DNA from: Candidatus Kaiserbacteria bacterium
GTDB taxonomy: Bacteria > Patescibacteriota > Minisyncoccia > Phycocordibacterales > Phycocordibacteraceae
NCBI GenBank assembly: GCA_963699165.1
Contig: OY969413.1
Location: forward strand, 141,984 to 205,983
Length of the DNA stretch: 64,000 nucleotides
Direction of reading: 5' to 3'
A program made the position numbers and the translations under genes. The notes below the pieces were generated by a model that worked only from the letters and a program-made list of their open reading frames with translations, did no database searches and was not told the origin of the DNA. Positions 38,150-48,350 of the stretch are shown piece by piece. The stretch's first letter is position 1, and every line of letters begins with the position of its first letter.

Positions 38150-39565
38150 ATGAGAAAGTTCATTTCATGGTTGTCCGTTTCGGCGCTTCTTGGAAGCATT
38201 GCCGCCGGATTTTTAATCCCGGCCGCGAATGCCGCGCCTGTCGCGAATTGGAACATCAGCGGGGCATGGGCGTTGAGTTTTGTGTACAACGGCGTGCCGA
38301 ATCCGAGCGCGTACGATGTAACGCTCGCGCAAAACGGGAATTCGCTCGCCGGGTCGGGCGGGTATCCGTCCGGCGGGCCGTATCAGTATCAATGGGTCAT
38401 CGACTCGGGAACGGTGAGCGGGAACAATTTCAACTTCACCGCGCATTACACCGCGGGCGCGGACGCGCTCACGCCGCTTACGACAATGCAGGTGAGCGGC
38501 ACGGTCGCGCCCGACGGTTCGATAAGCGGCGTCTGGAGCGATAATTATCAGGGCGGCAGCCGTTCCGGCACCTGGACCGGCACATCGACCTGCACCGCGA
38601 TTGCGGGACAGACGCTTGACACACTTCCCGTAACCGCCGCGGTCGTTGCGGCGAACGGACAGAAGATTAACGGCAAGCTCGCTGTGAGCAAATGCGGTGT
38701 CGGGGTGTATGTTGGTCCGAGCGTTACCGGCGTATCCGTCGGTGCGACCATAAACAATGACACGCTCGCAGGCGTGGACGTAAACGGCGGCGGCGCGGAT
38801 GTCACCGGCGCGACCATTTCCAACATCGGCGACACGCCGCTTGATGGAAATCAGTACGGCTGGGGCGTCTTGTATGCGAACGGCGCAACGGGGAAGGTCG
38901 CCAACAGCAAAATCAGCTCGTATCAAAAGGCGGGTGTGAAAATCACCGACGCCGGCACGAACGTAACCGTTTCCGGCAATACCGTCACCGGCCAGGGACA
39001 AATCACGTACATTGCGCAAAACGGCGTGGAATACGTTGATGGTGCGACGGGAGGTGTCACAAACAATCAAATTAGCGGAAACAGCTACGTTGGTCCGACC
39101 GCATGCGCGGATGAAAATTACTTCGCCCCGAGCTGCTATCAATCGGGCGGCGTATTGCTCTATGATGCTGCCTCCGGCATCACAATTGCCAATAACAAAG
39201 TGTCGAATAATGACATCGGCATTTGGCCGTATGAAGACACGGTTGCGAACAAGACGTATACCGTCAGCAACAACTGGCTTCAGAACAATTATGGGTACGG
39301 AGTCGTATTCGATGGAGCGAACGGAACGAGCACTCTCAACTCATTCCAAAACAACCAGGTCGGACTCTTGGTCACGGATGAATCGCAAAACTCGGTTGTA
39401 ACGAGTTTGAACGACCAGTTCGCGGGGAACGACGTGAACAACGAAGCGATTCAGGCAACGCCCGGGTCAGCGCTCTATGAAAACCTCGTAGTCGAGACAA
39501 CCGGTCGGTTTGTTCACTTGCCCGTGTTCGGAGGACCGCATTCGCCGCGATTCCCGAGATGGTAA
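38150..39565 (+). CDS. Secreted right-handed parallel beta-helix protein
   Basis: Signal peptide, repeated ..ISGN/NN.I..N.. rungs, YQKAGV, IAQNGV. Confidence 0.8.
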   Translation: MRKFISWLSVSALLGSIAAGFLIPAANAAPVANWNISGAWALSFVYNGVPNPSAYDVTLAQNGNSLAGSGGYPSGGPYQYQWVIDSGTVSGNNFNFTAHYTAGADALTPLTTMQVSGTVAPDGSISGVWSDNYQGGSRSGTWTGTSTCTAIAGQTLDTLPVTAAVVAANGQKINGKLAVSKCGVGVYVGPSVTGVSVGATINNDTLAGVDVNGGGADVTGATISNIGDTPLDGNQYGWGVLYANGATGKVANSKISSYQKAGVKITDAGTNVTVSGNTVTGQGQITYIAQNGVEYVDGATGGVTNNQISGNSYVGPTACADENYFAPSCYQSGGVLLYDAASGITIANNKVSNNDIGIWPYEDTVANKTYTVSNNWLQNNYGYGVVFDGANGTSTLNSFQNNQVGLLVTDESQNSVVTSLNDQFAGNDVNNEAIQATPGSALYENLVVETTGRFVHLPVFGGPHSPRFPRW

Positions 39566-39602
39566 TGGGTAGTGTTGAATAGACAACGCTCGGCGTCTTA
39601 AT

Positions 39603-39656
39603 CGGGCGCAAAAGCAAAATCGTCCTCAAACGAGGACGATTTTGCTTTTGCGCCCG
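39603..39656. terminator. 25-bp perfect hairpin between convergent genes
   Basis: CGGGCGCAAAAGCAAAATCGTCCTC-AAAC-reverse complement. Confidence 0.75.
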
Positions 39657-39669
39657 GTCGGAATCTTGG

Positions 39670-40125
39670 TCAGGACTTCTCCGGTCGATATATTTCGCCG
39701 TTATTAAAATTGCGAAGCGTCCGCTCCGTCGATTCGAACAGATTTTTCGGCAACGAATCGAGCGGAAACCATTTCCATTCTTTGCACTTTTGCGGCTCCA
39801 TCACTTTCGGCTCGCCGCTCGCGATAATTCCGAGAACACCCATATTTAAATAATGTTTATTGTCTGTTTTGATGTACCGCATCTCATCGCACACGGAAAT
39901 TAACTTGCATTCGCCAACGTTCAAATCCGTTTCTTCCTTTACTTCGCGCACGGCGGTCTGAAAGACGGTTTCGCCGAATTCCACATGACCGCCGGGGAAG
40001 GCCCACTCGCCGGCGCCATGTGCGCCGGCGCGCAGGCCGAGCAATACTTCGCCTTTTTCGTTTTGAATCATGACGCCTACGCCGACGCGCGGCCGCGGCT
40101 CTTCGCCGTTCGCATTTTTTTCCAT
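39670..40125 (-). CDS. NUDIX hydrolase (NUDT15/MTH2-like)
   Basis: PRVGVGV, GGHVEFGETVFQTAVREVKEET Nudix box, EPQKCKEWKW. Confidence 0.92.
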   Translation of the reverse strand: MEKNANGEEPRPRVGVGVMIQNEKGEVLLGLRAGAHGAGEWAFPGGHVEFGETVFQTAVREVKEETDLNVGECKLISVCDEMRYIKTDNKHYLNMGVLGIIASGEPKVMEPQKCKEWKWFPLDSLPKNLFESTERTLRNFNNGEIYRPEKS

Positions 40126-40138
40126 GCCGCACAGCATA

Positions 40139-40732
40139 TCATTTCTTGTCCCGATTTTTGTATCGCCGCGAGATTAAAATGGCAGCCGCGATGACGATAA
40201 CGAACAATATCCAGTCGGCTGTTGTGAGAATTGCCGAAAAATTCTGCCAGTCGATTCCGAGCACATATCCCGCGCACAGAACGAGTCCGTTTGAAGCAAC
40301 GTTGCCGAGGATGTCGTACGCGATAAACGTCGTGAACGGAACGCCGATGAAGCCGGCAAACAGATTCGTAAGCGGGTCGGCGGTGCCGATGAATCGCGTA
40401 ATGAAAATGGTGGAACGCGGATGCCGTTCTACGTACCGCTCGAGCCGTTCGAGATATGCCGGCGTGCGCCGATGGAGCATGCCGAGAAGGCGGCGGCCGT
40501 ATGTGCGCGCAAGCGCGTACATGAGCGTATCGCCAAGCGTGTTTGCTCCCGCGGCGATGGCAAGCGAAACGGGGAAGTTGAAATATCCCTGGCCGGAAAA
40601 TGCGCCCACGGCAAGCAGCACCGTGCTCGTCGGAAGCGGAAAAATGAGTCCTGCGACGAGCATGACCGCAAACAGCGCCCAGTATTTATACAAAAGCAAA
40701 AACGACAGCAGGAACGAAATAAACCCGGTCAT
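40139..40732 (-). CDS. DedA/VTT family membrane protein
   Basis: GDTLMYALAR.YG, IFITRFI, FAGFIG. Confidence 0.88.
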   Translation of the reverse strand: MTGFISFLLSFLLLYKYWALFAVMLVAGLIFPLPTSTVLLAVGAFSGQGYFNFPVSLAIAAGANTLGDTLMYALARTYGRRLLGMLHRRTPAYLERLERYVERHPRSTIFITRFIGTADPLTNLFAGFIGVPFTTFIAYDILGNVASNGLVLCAGYVLGIDWQNFSAILTTADWILFVIVIAAAILISRRYKNRDKK

Positions 40733-41130
40733 TGCGCTTTTGCCGCGTAAGCGCGGACGGCGTCTTGCACTTGCTTCAAAAATGCCGCCTGCGCACGACC
40801 TTCGCTTTTGGCGCAGGCGGCTATAGTCAGACGCGGGTATTCATGATCGGTTATGGCAAGAGCCGTTTGCAGATATATCGGAGGCAGATTGAAGAGATGA
40901 TTGATGTAATCGAACGTCATCCATGACGCAATGCGATTTGCATCGTTTGCGGTTGCGGGTCCGTGCGCATGGATTCTAGCCAGCAGAGATGCGCGCGCAT
41001 TCGCGTAATTAAGTTGACTTAACCGGTCGGATTCTCGGACGAGAAGCGCGCACAGGATGATAAGAATAGCCGCCGCGGCCGCGATGCAGATTTTCATGAG
41101 GAGACGTAGTCGTTTTCGTGTCGATTGCAT
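40729..41130 (-). CDS. Hypothetical membrane-anchored protein
   Basis: N-terminal TM, WMTFDYINHLFNLP motif; overlaps dedA start. Confidence 0.7.
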   Translation of the reverse strand: MQSTRKRLRLLMKICIAAAAAILIILCALLVRESDRLSQLNYANARASLLARIHAHGPATANDANRIASWMTFDYINHLFNLPPIYLQTALAITDHEYPRLTIAACAKSEGRAQAAFLKQVQDAVRAYAAKAQ

Positions 41131-41173
41131 AAGACGTTTTATTTGCGCACATACATAGTACAATAATACGGAC

Positions 41174-42931
41174 ATGTGGCAGCAGGCGACGGACCCATTC
41201 CATAGCGTAATCGTTTCCGCGGCGGTCGCGGCCGTCCCGATTCTATTTCTTTTCATCCTCCTTTTGAGCCGCAAGGTTGCCGGACATGTCGCGGCATTGC
41301 TGACGCTCTTGCTCGGGTTGGCTCTCGCCGTGACTGCGTTCGCGATGCCGGTCGGACTTGCGGGAATGGCCGCGCTCTACGGCGTTCTGAACGGATTGTT
41401 CCCGATCGGGTGGATTGTGCTGAATGCGGTGTTTCTTTACAACATCAGCGTCCGAAGCGGCGGTTTTGAAATCGTACGAGACAGTATTGAGTCGGTTACG
41501 GCCGACCGGCGGTTGCAAGCACTTCTCATTGCTTTTTGCTTCGGCGCATTTCTCGAAGGCGCTGCCGGATTCGGGGCGCCGGTTGCCATTACCGCGGGCA
41601 TGCTGGTCGGACTCGGTTTCGAAGCGCTGTATGCGGCGGGCGTTTGTCTTATTGCAAATACCGCTCCGGTGGCTTTCGGCGGCATCGGCATTGCGGTTAT
41701 CACGGCAGGACATTTGACCGGCATCGACCCGAATGTGTTAAGCAAAATGATTGCGCACCAGCTTCCGTTCATCGCGCTCATCATCCCGCTCTGGCTCGTA
41801 GTCATCGTCGCGGGTTGGAAAGGTGCGCGTGAAGTATGGCCGGCCGTTTTGGTAACCGGCGCTTCTTACGCGCTCACGATGTTTCTGACCGCAAGCTATC
41901 TCGGTCCCATGCTGCCGGACGTGCTATCGGCCATCGTCTCGATTCTTTGTTTGATAGGACTGCTCAAAATATGGCATCCGATAGAGGTTTGGCGTTTCCC
42001 GAAAGAACGGCTGAACGCTCTTGCGCCGTCGAATCGCGCGCATAGTTGGGATGAACTGATCCGCGCATGGTCGCCGTTTCTGTTACTCGTGATTTTCGTC
42101 GGCAACTGGGGAACACCGGGCGTGCAGCAGCTCCTCAATAAAGTAACCATTCAAATACCTTTCGGCATTCTCGCGCACTCGATTATCGGCAATGGCGTCC
42201 CGCTTTCAATCAGCTATTCTTTCGCATGGCTTGAAGCCGCAGGCACCGCAATATTTTTTGCAGCCGCTCTTTCCGCCGTCATGCTCGGCCTTTCGTGGAT
42301 CGCATTTTGGCAGACGGCGCTGCAGACGCTCAAGGAATTGTTCAAGCCGCTTGCCACCATCGGTTCGATTGTCGGCTTCGCGTATGTTGCGAATTATTCG
42401 GGCATGTCCGTTGCCATAGGGAACGCGCTCGCCGACACGGGAGTGTTCTTTCCGTTTCTTTCGCCGCTTATCGGCTGGTTCGGCGTTTTCATAACGGGAA
42501 GCGATACGTCGTCAAATGCTCTTTTCAGCACCATTCAGTCGCAGACCGCGCAATCGCTCGGTGTGAGCCCGGTCTTGAGTGTCGCGTCAAACAGCAGCGG
42601 CGGAGTTGCGGCAAAGATGATTTCTCCGCAAAGCATCGCCGTGGCGACCGCTTCCGCAAAGCTTCCGGAGCAGGAGGGAAGATTGTTCAGGTTCACCATC
42701 CTGCATAGCGTTGGACTCGTGCTCGTCATTTGCACGATTGCCTATTTGCAGGCGCGATACGCGACGTGGATGATTCCAAAAGCGGCGGCTGCATCGGCAT
42801 CGGCGGCAGGCGGGTTCGATTATGTCGCGGCAAGCATTGCAACCGCATCAATCGTCGCAGTGCTTTTTCTTGCGGTCGTATCCCGCTCGGTCGGGCGTAC
42901 TGTGTTCGACAGAACGGCACTTGCCCGATAA
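41174..42931 (+). CDS. lctP: L-lactate permease
   Basis: DRRLQALLIAFCFGAFLEGAAGFGAP, ANTAPVAFGGIG, TGSDTSSN, KMISPQSIA. Confidence 0.93.
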   Translation: MWQQATDPFHSVIVSAAVAAVPILFLFILLLSRKVAGHVAALLTLLLGLALAVTAFAMPVGLAGMAALYGVLNGLFPIGWIVLNAVFLYNISVRSGGFEIVRDSIESVTADRRLQALLIAFCFGAFLEGAAGFGAPVAITAGMLVGLGFEALYAAGVCLIANTAPVAFGGIGIAVITAGHLTGIDPNVLSKMIAHQLPFIALIIPLWLVVIVAGWKGAREVWPAVLVTGASYALTMFLTASYLGPMLPDVLSAIVSILCLIGLLKIWHPIEVWRFPKERLNALAPSNRAHSWDELIRAWSPFLLLVIFVGNWGTPGVQQLLNKVTIQIPFGILAHSIIGNGVPLSISYSFAWLEAAGTAIFFAAALSAVMLGLSWIAFWQTALQTLKELFKPLATIGSIVGFAYVANYSGMSVAIGNALADTGVFFPFLSPLIGWFGVFITGSDTSSNALFSTIQSQTAQSLGVSPVLSVASNSSGGVAAKMISPQSIAVATASAKLPEQEGRLFRFTILHSVGLVLVICTIAYLQARYATWMIPKAAAASASAAGGFDYVAASIATASIVAVLFLAVVSRSVGRTVFDRTALAR

Positions 42932-42945
42932 AATACGCGCATCGC

Positions 42946-43332
42946 ATGGAACCGAATTCCGCAGAACAAATTATCGGGGTAAACGCGCCGCTCATTTGCC
43001 CGTATTGCCATCAGCCGGTCGAGCCGACCTTTTATTATTGTCCGAATTGCGGCACAAAGCTCAACGTCGCACCGCTTTCGACAACGCCGCTCACGCAGGC
43101 GTGGATTTACGCGTTCAGCATCATCCTGCCGTTTATCTGCTTCTTGGCAGTGGGGAAATGGCCGGGATTGAAATATTATCGGTCCGAAGATCCGAAGACG
43201 AAATCAATCGGAATGACCGCGTGGATTCTGATGCTTCTCTCGACGATTGTCATGTGCTGGCTCGCCTACGTTTGGACGATGGACGCGATTCAGTCGACGG
43301 TAAATAGCATCAATACGGATTTGAGCGCATGA
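42946..43332 (+). CDS. Zinc-ribbon membrane protein
   Basis: CPYC...YCPNCG followed by two TMs. Confidence 0.8.
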   Translation: MEPNSAEQIIGVNAPLICPYCHQPVEPTFYYCPNCGTKLNVAPLSTTPLTQAWIYAFSIILPFICFLAVGKWPGLKYYRSEDPKTKSIGMTAWILMLLSTIVMCWLAYVWTMDAIQSTVNSINTDLSA

Positions 43333-43420
43333 TTTTCGGAGCGCGCGACGTTGCTCGACTGTACTGAGTGTAAAGCAATCCGCCGTGAGGCGGATTTCTT
43401 TTTTTTGGTTTCTTTCGACT

Positions 43421-44050
43421 TTAGCCGTTTGATCGTTTGAGATTGAACGTGCCGGAAATTTCTCCGTATTGGCTTGACCTCGTGAAGGTTCCCGAAACGG
43501 TGTCCCCGGATTGCGTTCCCGTAAAGGTAATGTTCGCACCGGTCTCGGCCTGGCCCGAGAAGCTGAGCGAATTGCCGTTAACTTGCAACTGAACCGGTCT
43601 GCCGGCGACACTGGTGCATTGCGGTTTTTCGGTTACGGGCGATGCTCCGGTGAGGGTGATGACCTCGGTTGTGCACAAATTGCTGTACGAGAGTGTGCCG
43701 ACGGCGGTGCCGTTCTCGACTTTCTGAATGACGATGGTTACGTCGCCGCTCGTGGTGACTGCGGTGCTCGAGTGTGCAAGAACGATTTTCCCCGACCCTT
43801 GCATTCCTTTGCCCGGCGTTGCCGAAACCCATGTCCCGACCAAACTTGAAGCGGCAGGCGCATTTGCCGCCGCCGTGTTGGTGACACCCGCGGCCGCCGT
43901 GCCGGTTGTGCTTGCCGCCGGTACGTTCGCCGTTTGCGAAGTTTGCTCCGAGGATTTGGTTTTGTTAAGTACGGAGACCGCTATGACGACAATGAATACC
44001 AGAACGAACGCCCCGATCGCGTAGTACAGCAAGGAAGATTTTTTGTTCAT
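43421..44050 (-). CDS. Hypothetical membrane-anchored beta-rich protein
   Basis: N-terminal TM, Ala/Thr linker, LVGTW. Confidence 0.7.
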   Translation of the reverse strand: MNKKSSLLYYAIGAFVLVFIVVIAVSVLNKTKSSEQTSQTANVPAASTTGTAAAGVTNTAAANAPAASSLVGTWVSATPGKGMQGSGKIVLAHSSTAVTTSGDVTIVIQKVENGTAVGTLSYSNLCTTEVITLTGASPVTEKPQCTSVAGRPVQLQVNGNSLSFSGQAETGANITFTGTQSGDTVSGTFTRSSQYGEISGTFNLKRSNG

Positions 44051-44178
44051 ATAAGTAAATATCTATAAAAAGAGTACGAGATCCGCGGTATTTTGCCGCA
44101 AGTATATGATAGCAGATTTGCAGTGCGTGCGGAGCATTCTTCATGCGATATTTCGAATTCGGTTTGTAAAATTTGCGC

Positions 44179-44397
44179 ATGAAAACAATGACTTGCGCGC
44201 AAATGGGCGGCGAATGCGATGCGGAAATATCGGCCGAAACGCCGGATGAAATGATTGAGAAGGGCATGGCGCATCTCGAAATCGCGCATCCGAAAATGGC
44301 CGCCGATGTCAAAGCAACGCCCGAAGACGATCCGATTATGGTCGCATGGGGCGAAAAGTTTGCAAAAGAATGGGAAGCGGCTCCCGAGGCGAAGTAG
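44179..44397 (+). CDS. DUF1059-like small metal-binding protein
   Basis: MKTMTCAQMGGECD...AHLEIAH. Confidence 0.75.
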   Translation: MKTMTCAQMGGECDAEISAETPDEMIEKGMAHLEIAHPKMAADVKATPEDDPIMVAWGEKFAKEWEAAPEAK

Positions 44398-44499
44398 CAT
44401 CGGTAATGTTCTTCATGATGATACGGCGTAATGAATACGGAAATAACATGAAGGGACGGCGGTAATTTCCTTACTTTAGCCATAACGACGTATCGGCTT

Positions 44500-46824
44500 A
44501 TGATTTACTCGGCACATCGGCGTCTTGCGGGACCGGTTTTGTTTTTGCTTGGCGGTTTTTTCGCGGCGCCGCTTTTTGCGAATGCAGGCACCAACCTCAT
44601 TCAGAATCCGACGTTTGCGATTCAAGGCGCCACGACTTCGCCGATGAACTGGATACCGGTTTTCTGGGGCGCTGCGGCAAGTTCGACGTTTGCATATCCG
44701 GTTTCCGGCGAGGACGATAATTTTGCCGCGCAAGTCACGGTACCGACATACGGTGCCGTCGGTGAAGGGAATGGTTCCGCCGAATGGCTGCCGGGACGCG
44801 TCCTCATTAATCCGGGCGCGTTGTATACCTTTTCCGATTGGTACAAATCCGATGCCGAAAGTTATGTCGCCGTACAATGGCTGCTGAACGACGGAACGTT
44901 TTTGACGGAATCCGTGGCGACGCTCGCGCCGACGGGAGGGCAGTGGGCAAACGACATGCAGATTTTCAGCGCGCCCGAGAATGCAATCGCCGTGACGCCG
45001 ATTCATTTCATTCAAAGCGCAGGGACGTTCGCCATCGACAATGTTTCTCTGGCCGAGGGCGCAAATGCGTTCCCCGGAGCATTAAATAAAGCGATTGTAT
45101 CGCTGACGTTTGACAACGGATACGAATCGCAATATCTGAACGCGTTTCCGATATTGCAGTCCGCGCATCTGCCGGCTACGTTCTATATCATCACAAATAC
45201 AATCAAGAATTCCATCTACGACTTCTTTACCGACCCTAACGAAGCGATAAAGACCGCGACAACGTCGACGAGCGCCGCATGGTCGCAGATTTACACGGAT
45301 TCGAAAGTGCAGGCGCTCATTTTCTCGGATACGTATACTTCCGACGGGACAAGCACGATTGAAGCCGACTACACCATTAACAGTGCCGCGAGTTCGACAA
45401 TTCTCGGAACGCTTGCCGCCGGAACAAACGCACGGGCGTTATTCACATTCACTCTTCCGATTGTCGCGAGCAGTACGGTTACCCCGATAAGCATCATGCA
45501 TCGGAGTTCGTCCGCGCTCACCGCTTCCAATCCGTCGCTGATTGAAAACATTCCGCAGCAAATGAGCGTTCCGCAATTGCAGGCGCTCTGGGCGGCTGGC
45601 AATGAAATTGCTTCGCACACCGTTACGCATAGCGACCTGACCGCGCTCTCGACCGCGCAAGTATCGCAAGAACTCGCGAATTCCCGTGCGGCGCTCGCCT
45701 CATGGGGCATAGTCCCGGACGATGGATTGGCGTATCCTTTCGGGAACTATAGCGCCGGCATTGAAACGCAGACGGCGGGAGCGGGCTACATAGACGCACG
45801 CACCGTGGACATCGGGTATAACACGGCGCTCACCGACAAATTTGCACTAAAGAGTCAGAGTTTGGTGTCCTCGACGACCTTTAGCGTTGCGCAGTCGTGG
45901 ATAGACACGGCAATTGCCAACAAGCTTTGGCTCATCATTACGTTCCATGACGTCGACAATCAGGCCACGATTAATGCCAACGGGGAAACGTACGGCACGA
46001 CGCCTCAAATCCTGCAGCAGATTGCGGATTATCTGAAATCGCAATCGTCGAATGTGTCGGTGCTGAGCGTACACGACGCGCTCGGACATCTGAGTACGAC
46101 GACAGACGCAACGTCAACGCCTCCGGCCGATACGACTCCGCCGGTTATAACGCTTAACGGTTCGCCAACGATTACGCTCACCGTCGGTGATGCGTATACG
46201 GAACCTGGCGCGACCGCTACCGATACCGTAGATAGCACGGATGCCGTCGTCATAAGCGGCGATGCGGTCAATACCGCAGTTCCCGGCATATATGTCGTGA
46301 AATATGATGCGACCGATGCGGCGGGGAATCATGCCGTGGAGGTGACGCGCACCGTAACCGTGGTCGCGGCTACTTCGTCGGTCACGACGGGCGGAGGCGG
46401 CGGAAGCAGTAGTGGCGGCGGCAGTATCGGCGGAGGCGGAGGATCGATTCTCGCCGGCAGTAGCGGTTCGCCGAATCCGTACCCGTGGGAAATTCACGAT
46501 GCGGCAAGCACGACGCCTGAAGCCGTTCCCGTCATTTCGAAACATATCAAGCCGCACACCGGTTACGTGCTCGGCGCCGCAACGTTCAAGTTTTCCAAAC
46601 ATCTAGCGCTTCGCTCACACGGCACGGACGTAACCGAGCTTCAGAAGTTTCTCATTGAAGAAGGTTTCCGAATTCCTTCCGGCGCTTCCGGTTACTTCGG
46701 TGCGCAGACCAAGGCGGCGGTAATAGCGTATCAAAAGGCAAACGGCCTTCCGCATACGGGCTATGTCGGTCCGCTTACGCTCGCGCTCTTAAACAAGGGC
46801 AGCGGTCTCGCGTTGGGGAAATAA
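44500..46824 (+). CDS. Secreted polysaccharide deacetylase (CE4) with CBM-like, Ig-like (DUF5011-type) and peptidoglycan-binding domains
   Basis: SLTFDNG, EIASHTVTH, AYPFG, ITFH; DTTPPVITLNG; LQKFL...GYFGAQT. Confidence 0.88.
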   Translation: MIYSAHRRLAGPVLFLLGGFFAAPLFANAGTNLIQNPTFAIQGATTSPMNWIPVFWGAAASSTFAYPVSGEDDNFAAQVTVPTYGAVGEGNGSAEWLPGRVLINPGALYTFSDWYKSDAESYVAVQWLLNDGTFLTESVATLAPTGGQWANDMQIFSAPENAIAVTPIHFIQSAGTFAIDNVSLAEGANAFPGALNKAIVSLTFDNGYESQYLNAFPILQSAHLPATFYIITNTIKNSIYDFFTDPNEAIKTATTSTSAAWSQIYTDSKVQALIFSDTYTSDGTSTIEADYTINSAASSTILGTLAAGTNARALFTFTLPIVASSTVTPISIMHRSSSALTASNPSLIENIPQQMSVPQLQALWAAGNEIASHTVTHSDLTALSTAQVSQELANSRAALASWGIVPDDGLAYPFGNYSAGIETQTAGAGYIDARTVDIGYNTALTDKFALKSQSLVSSTTFSVAQSWIDTAIANKLWLIITFHDVDNQATINANGETYGTTPQILQQIADYLKSQSSNVSVLSVHDALGHLSTTTDATSTPPADTTPPVITLNGSPTITLTVGDAYTEPGATATDTVDSTDAVVISGDAVNTAVPGIYVVKYDATDAAGNHAVEVTRTVTVVAATSSVTTGGGGGSSSGGGSIGGGGGSILAGSSGSPNPYPWEIHDAASTTPEAVPVISKHIKPHTGYVLGAATFKFSKHLALRSHGTDVTELQKFLIEEGFRIPSGASGYFGAQTKAAVIAYQKANGLPHTGYVGPLTLALLNKGSGLALGK

Positions 46825-46879
46825 CGAGACGGTTGACAGGATTCAAGGTAATGGGTTATATACAGCCAGTATAGTTCAC

Positions 46880-47940
46880 GGCACCCAAACCCCTCAATTC
46901 GAACGACGGTTTTTTGCGCTCCTCTGAGCGCGTTGTTTCTTTTCCGCAGCATACGCCTCATCTGGCGTGAGTGAACCGAGCACATCCATGAAGCGGCGAT
47001 TCATCTTTGCTTCGAGTTTCTGCACAAATCTTTTTGAATACTTTGAAATATCCGAGCTTTTCGGGATGTACCGCCGCAAGTCCTTGTTCAGATTCTCGAT
47101 TGATGGCTTCTCCCATGGCGCATGCACATGACAGAAATATATCTTCACCCCAAGCACCTTCTCTAGCCGTTTGTGTTCGAGAAAGAGAATATCGTTGTCG
47201 AATGTGATGGTCTGCATCTCGGGATACCGCTTTTTCATTCTGCGAAGCGCTCGCTCCACGTTTCGCACTGACACTGGCAGGATCCGCTCCAGCAGGTTTT
47301 TGCGCACCCTGCGATCCCGCAGACCAAGAATGATGCCTTGACCGCTCTTGCCCGACACGATGAAGTCGCCCTCCATGTGACCCAATCCCCATCGCTTGTT
47401 GATTTTGCTCGGTCGTTTGTCGATCAGGCGCTTGTCGGCAATGTGTGGTTTCGATGGCCGAGAGCGTCGCCTCTTCTTGAATAACTTTGCTCGATGCGAC
47501 TCGATCCGTCTGCCATACGGGCTCTTGATATATCGGCGTATAGCCGAGGATGAAGCATATCCGATATCCTTCTCGATCCGCTTCAATCGAAGTGAGATGT
47601 TTTCGGGCGACTGATCGTCGAAGAGATGCGCCTCGATGAACTTCCGGAGCTTCGGGTCGAGAGCAATCATCTTGCCGACCGCTCGGCTGTATTTCCTTCG
47701 TACGTATGAAATGTGATGCGCATATGCAGCATCATACGGCCGTCCCTTCCTCTTCTTTTGCGTCTCGTACCATATGACACTCTTCGGTCGGTCGAGTGCA
47801 TCTCCGACATCTTGCAAAGAGTATCCCTTCGCTAACAGTATCTGTATTTCGTCTCGTTCGGACCTTGTGAAGTGCGCACCGCCGGAGGTTTTTTCATTCG
47901 CTCAATGTATCAAACGTTCGAATTCAAAAGACCAGTCGCC
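46880..47940 (-). mobile_element. IS30-family element copy C
   Basis: Near-identical to copies A/B; flanks CAC/CAA (imperfect TSD). Confidence 0.92.
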
Positions 47941-47967
47941 CAAAGTCAGAAGGGGAGGGTTCGAGTT

Positions 47968-48252
47968 TTGAGCGGAAAAAACAGCCAGCCGGAAAACACG
48001 CCGAACGTGGGAGACATGTCCGTCCGCAAGGCCGGTCAGAAGGGTGGAAACGTCGTTAAAGACCGATACGGCCCGGATTTTTACAAAGAAATCGGCCGCA
48101 AGGGCGGCCTGGCCACCCGTCAACGGCACGGTGACGAGTTCTACAGAGAAATCGGGGTGAAGGGAGGTCAGGAAGCCCAACGCCTCATTAGAAAGGCGGC
48201 CGAAGCAAACGCCCAGGCCGAAGGGGCGGCGAAAAAGCCGGTCTCGAAGTGA
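47968..48252 (+). CDS. KGG-repeat stress protein (GsiB/YciG-like)
   Basis: AGQKGG, FYKEIGRKGG, FYREIGVKGG; GGGGAGG SD with TTG start. Confidence 0.85.
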   Translation: MSGKNSQPENTPNVGDMSVRKAGQKGGNVVKDRYGPDFYKEIGRKGGLATRQRHGDEFYREIGVKGGQEAQRLIRKAAEANAQAEGAAKKPVSK

Positions 48253-48350
48253 GGCGCGGGGACGCACTGCTGTGCGTCCCCTTTTTTTTAAACCAAAAAC
48301 AAAGAAATCCGCCTTGCGGCGGACTTCATTTTTTGTTTTGTCATGATAGG

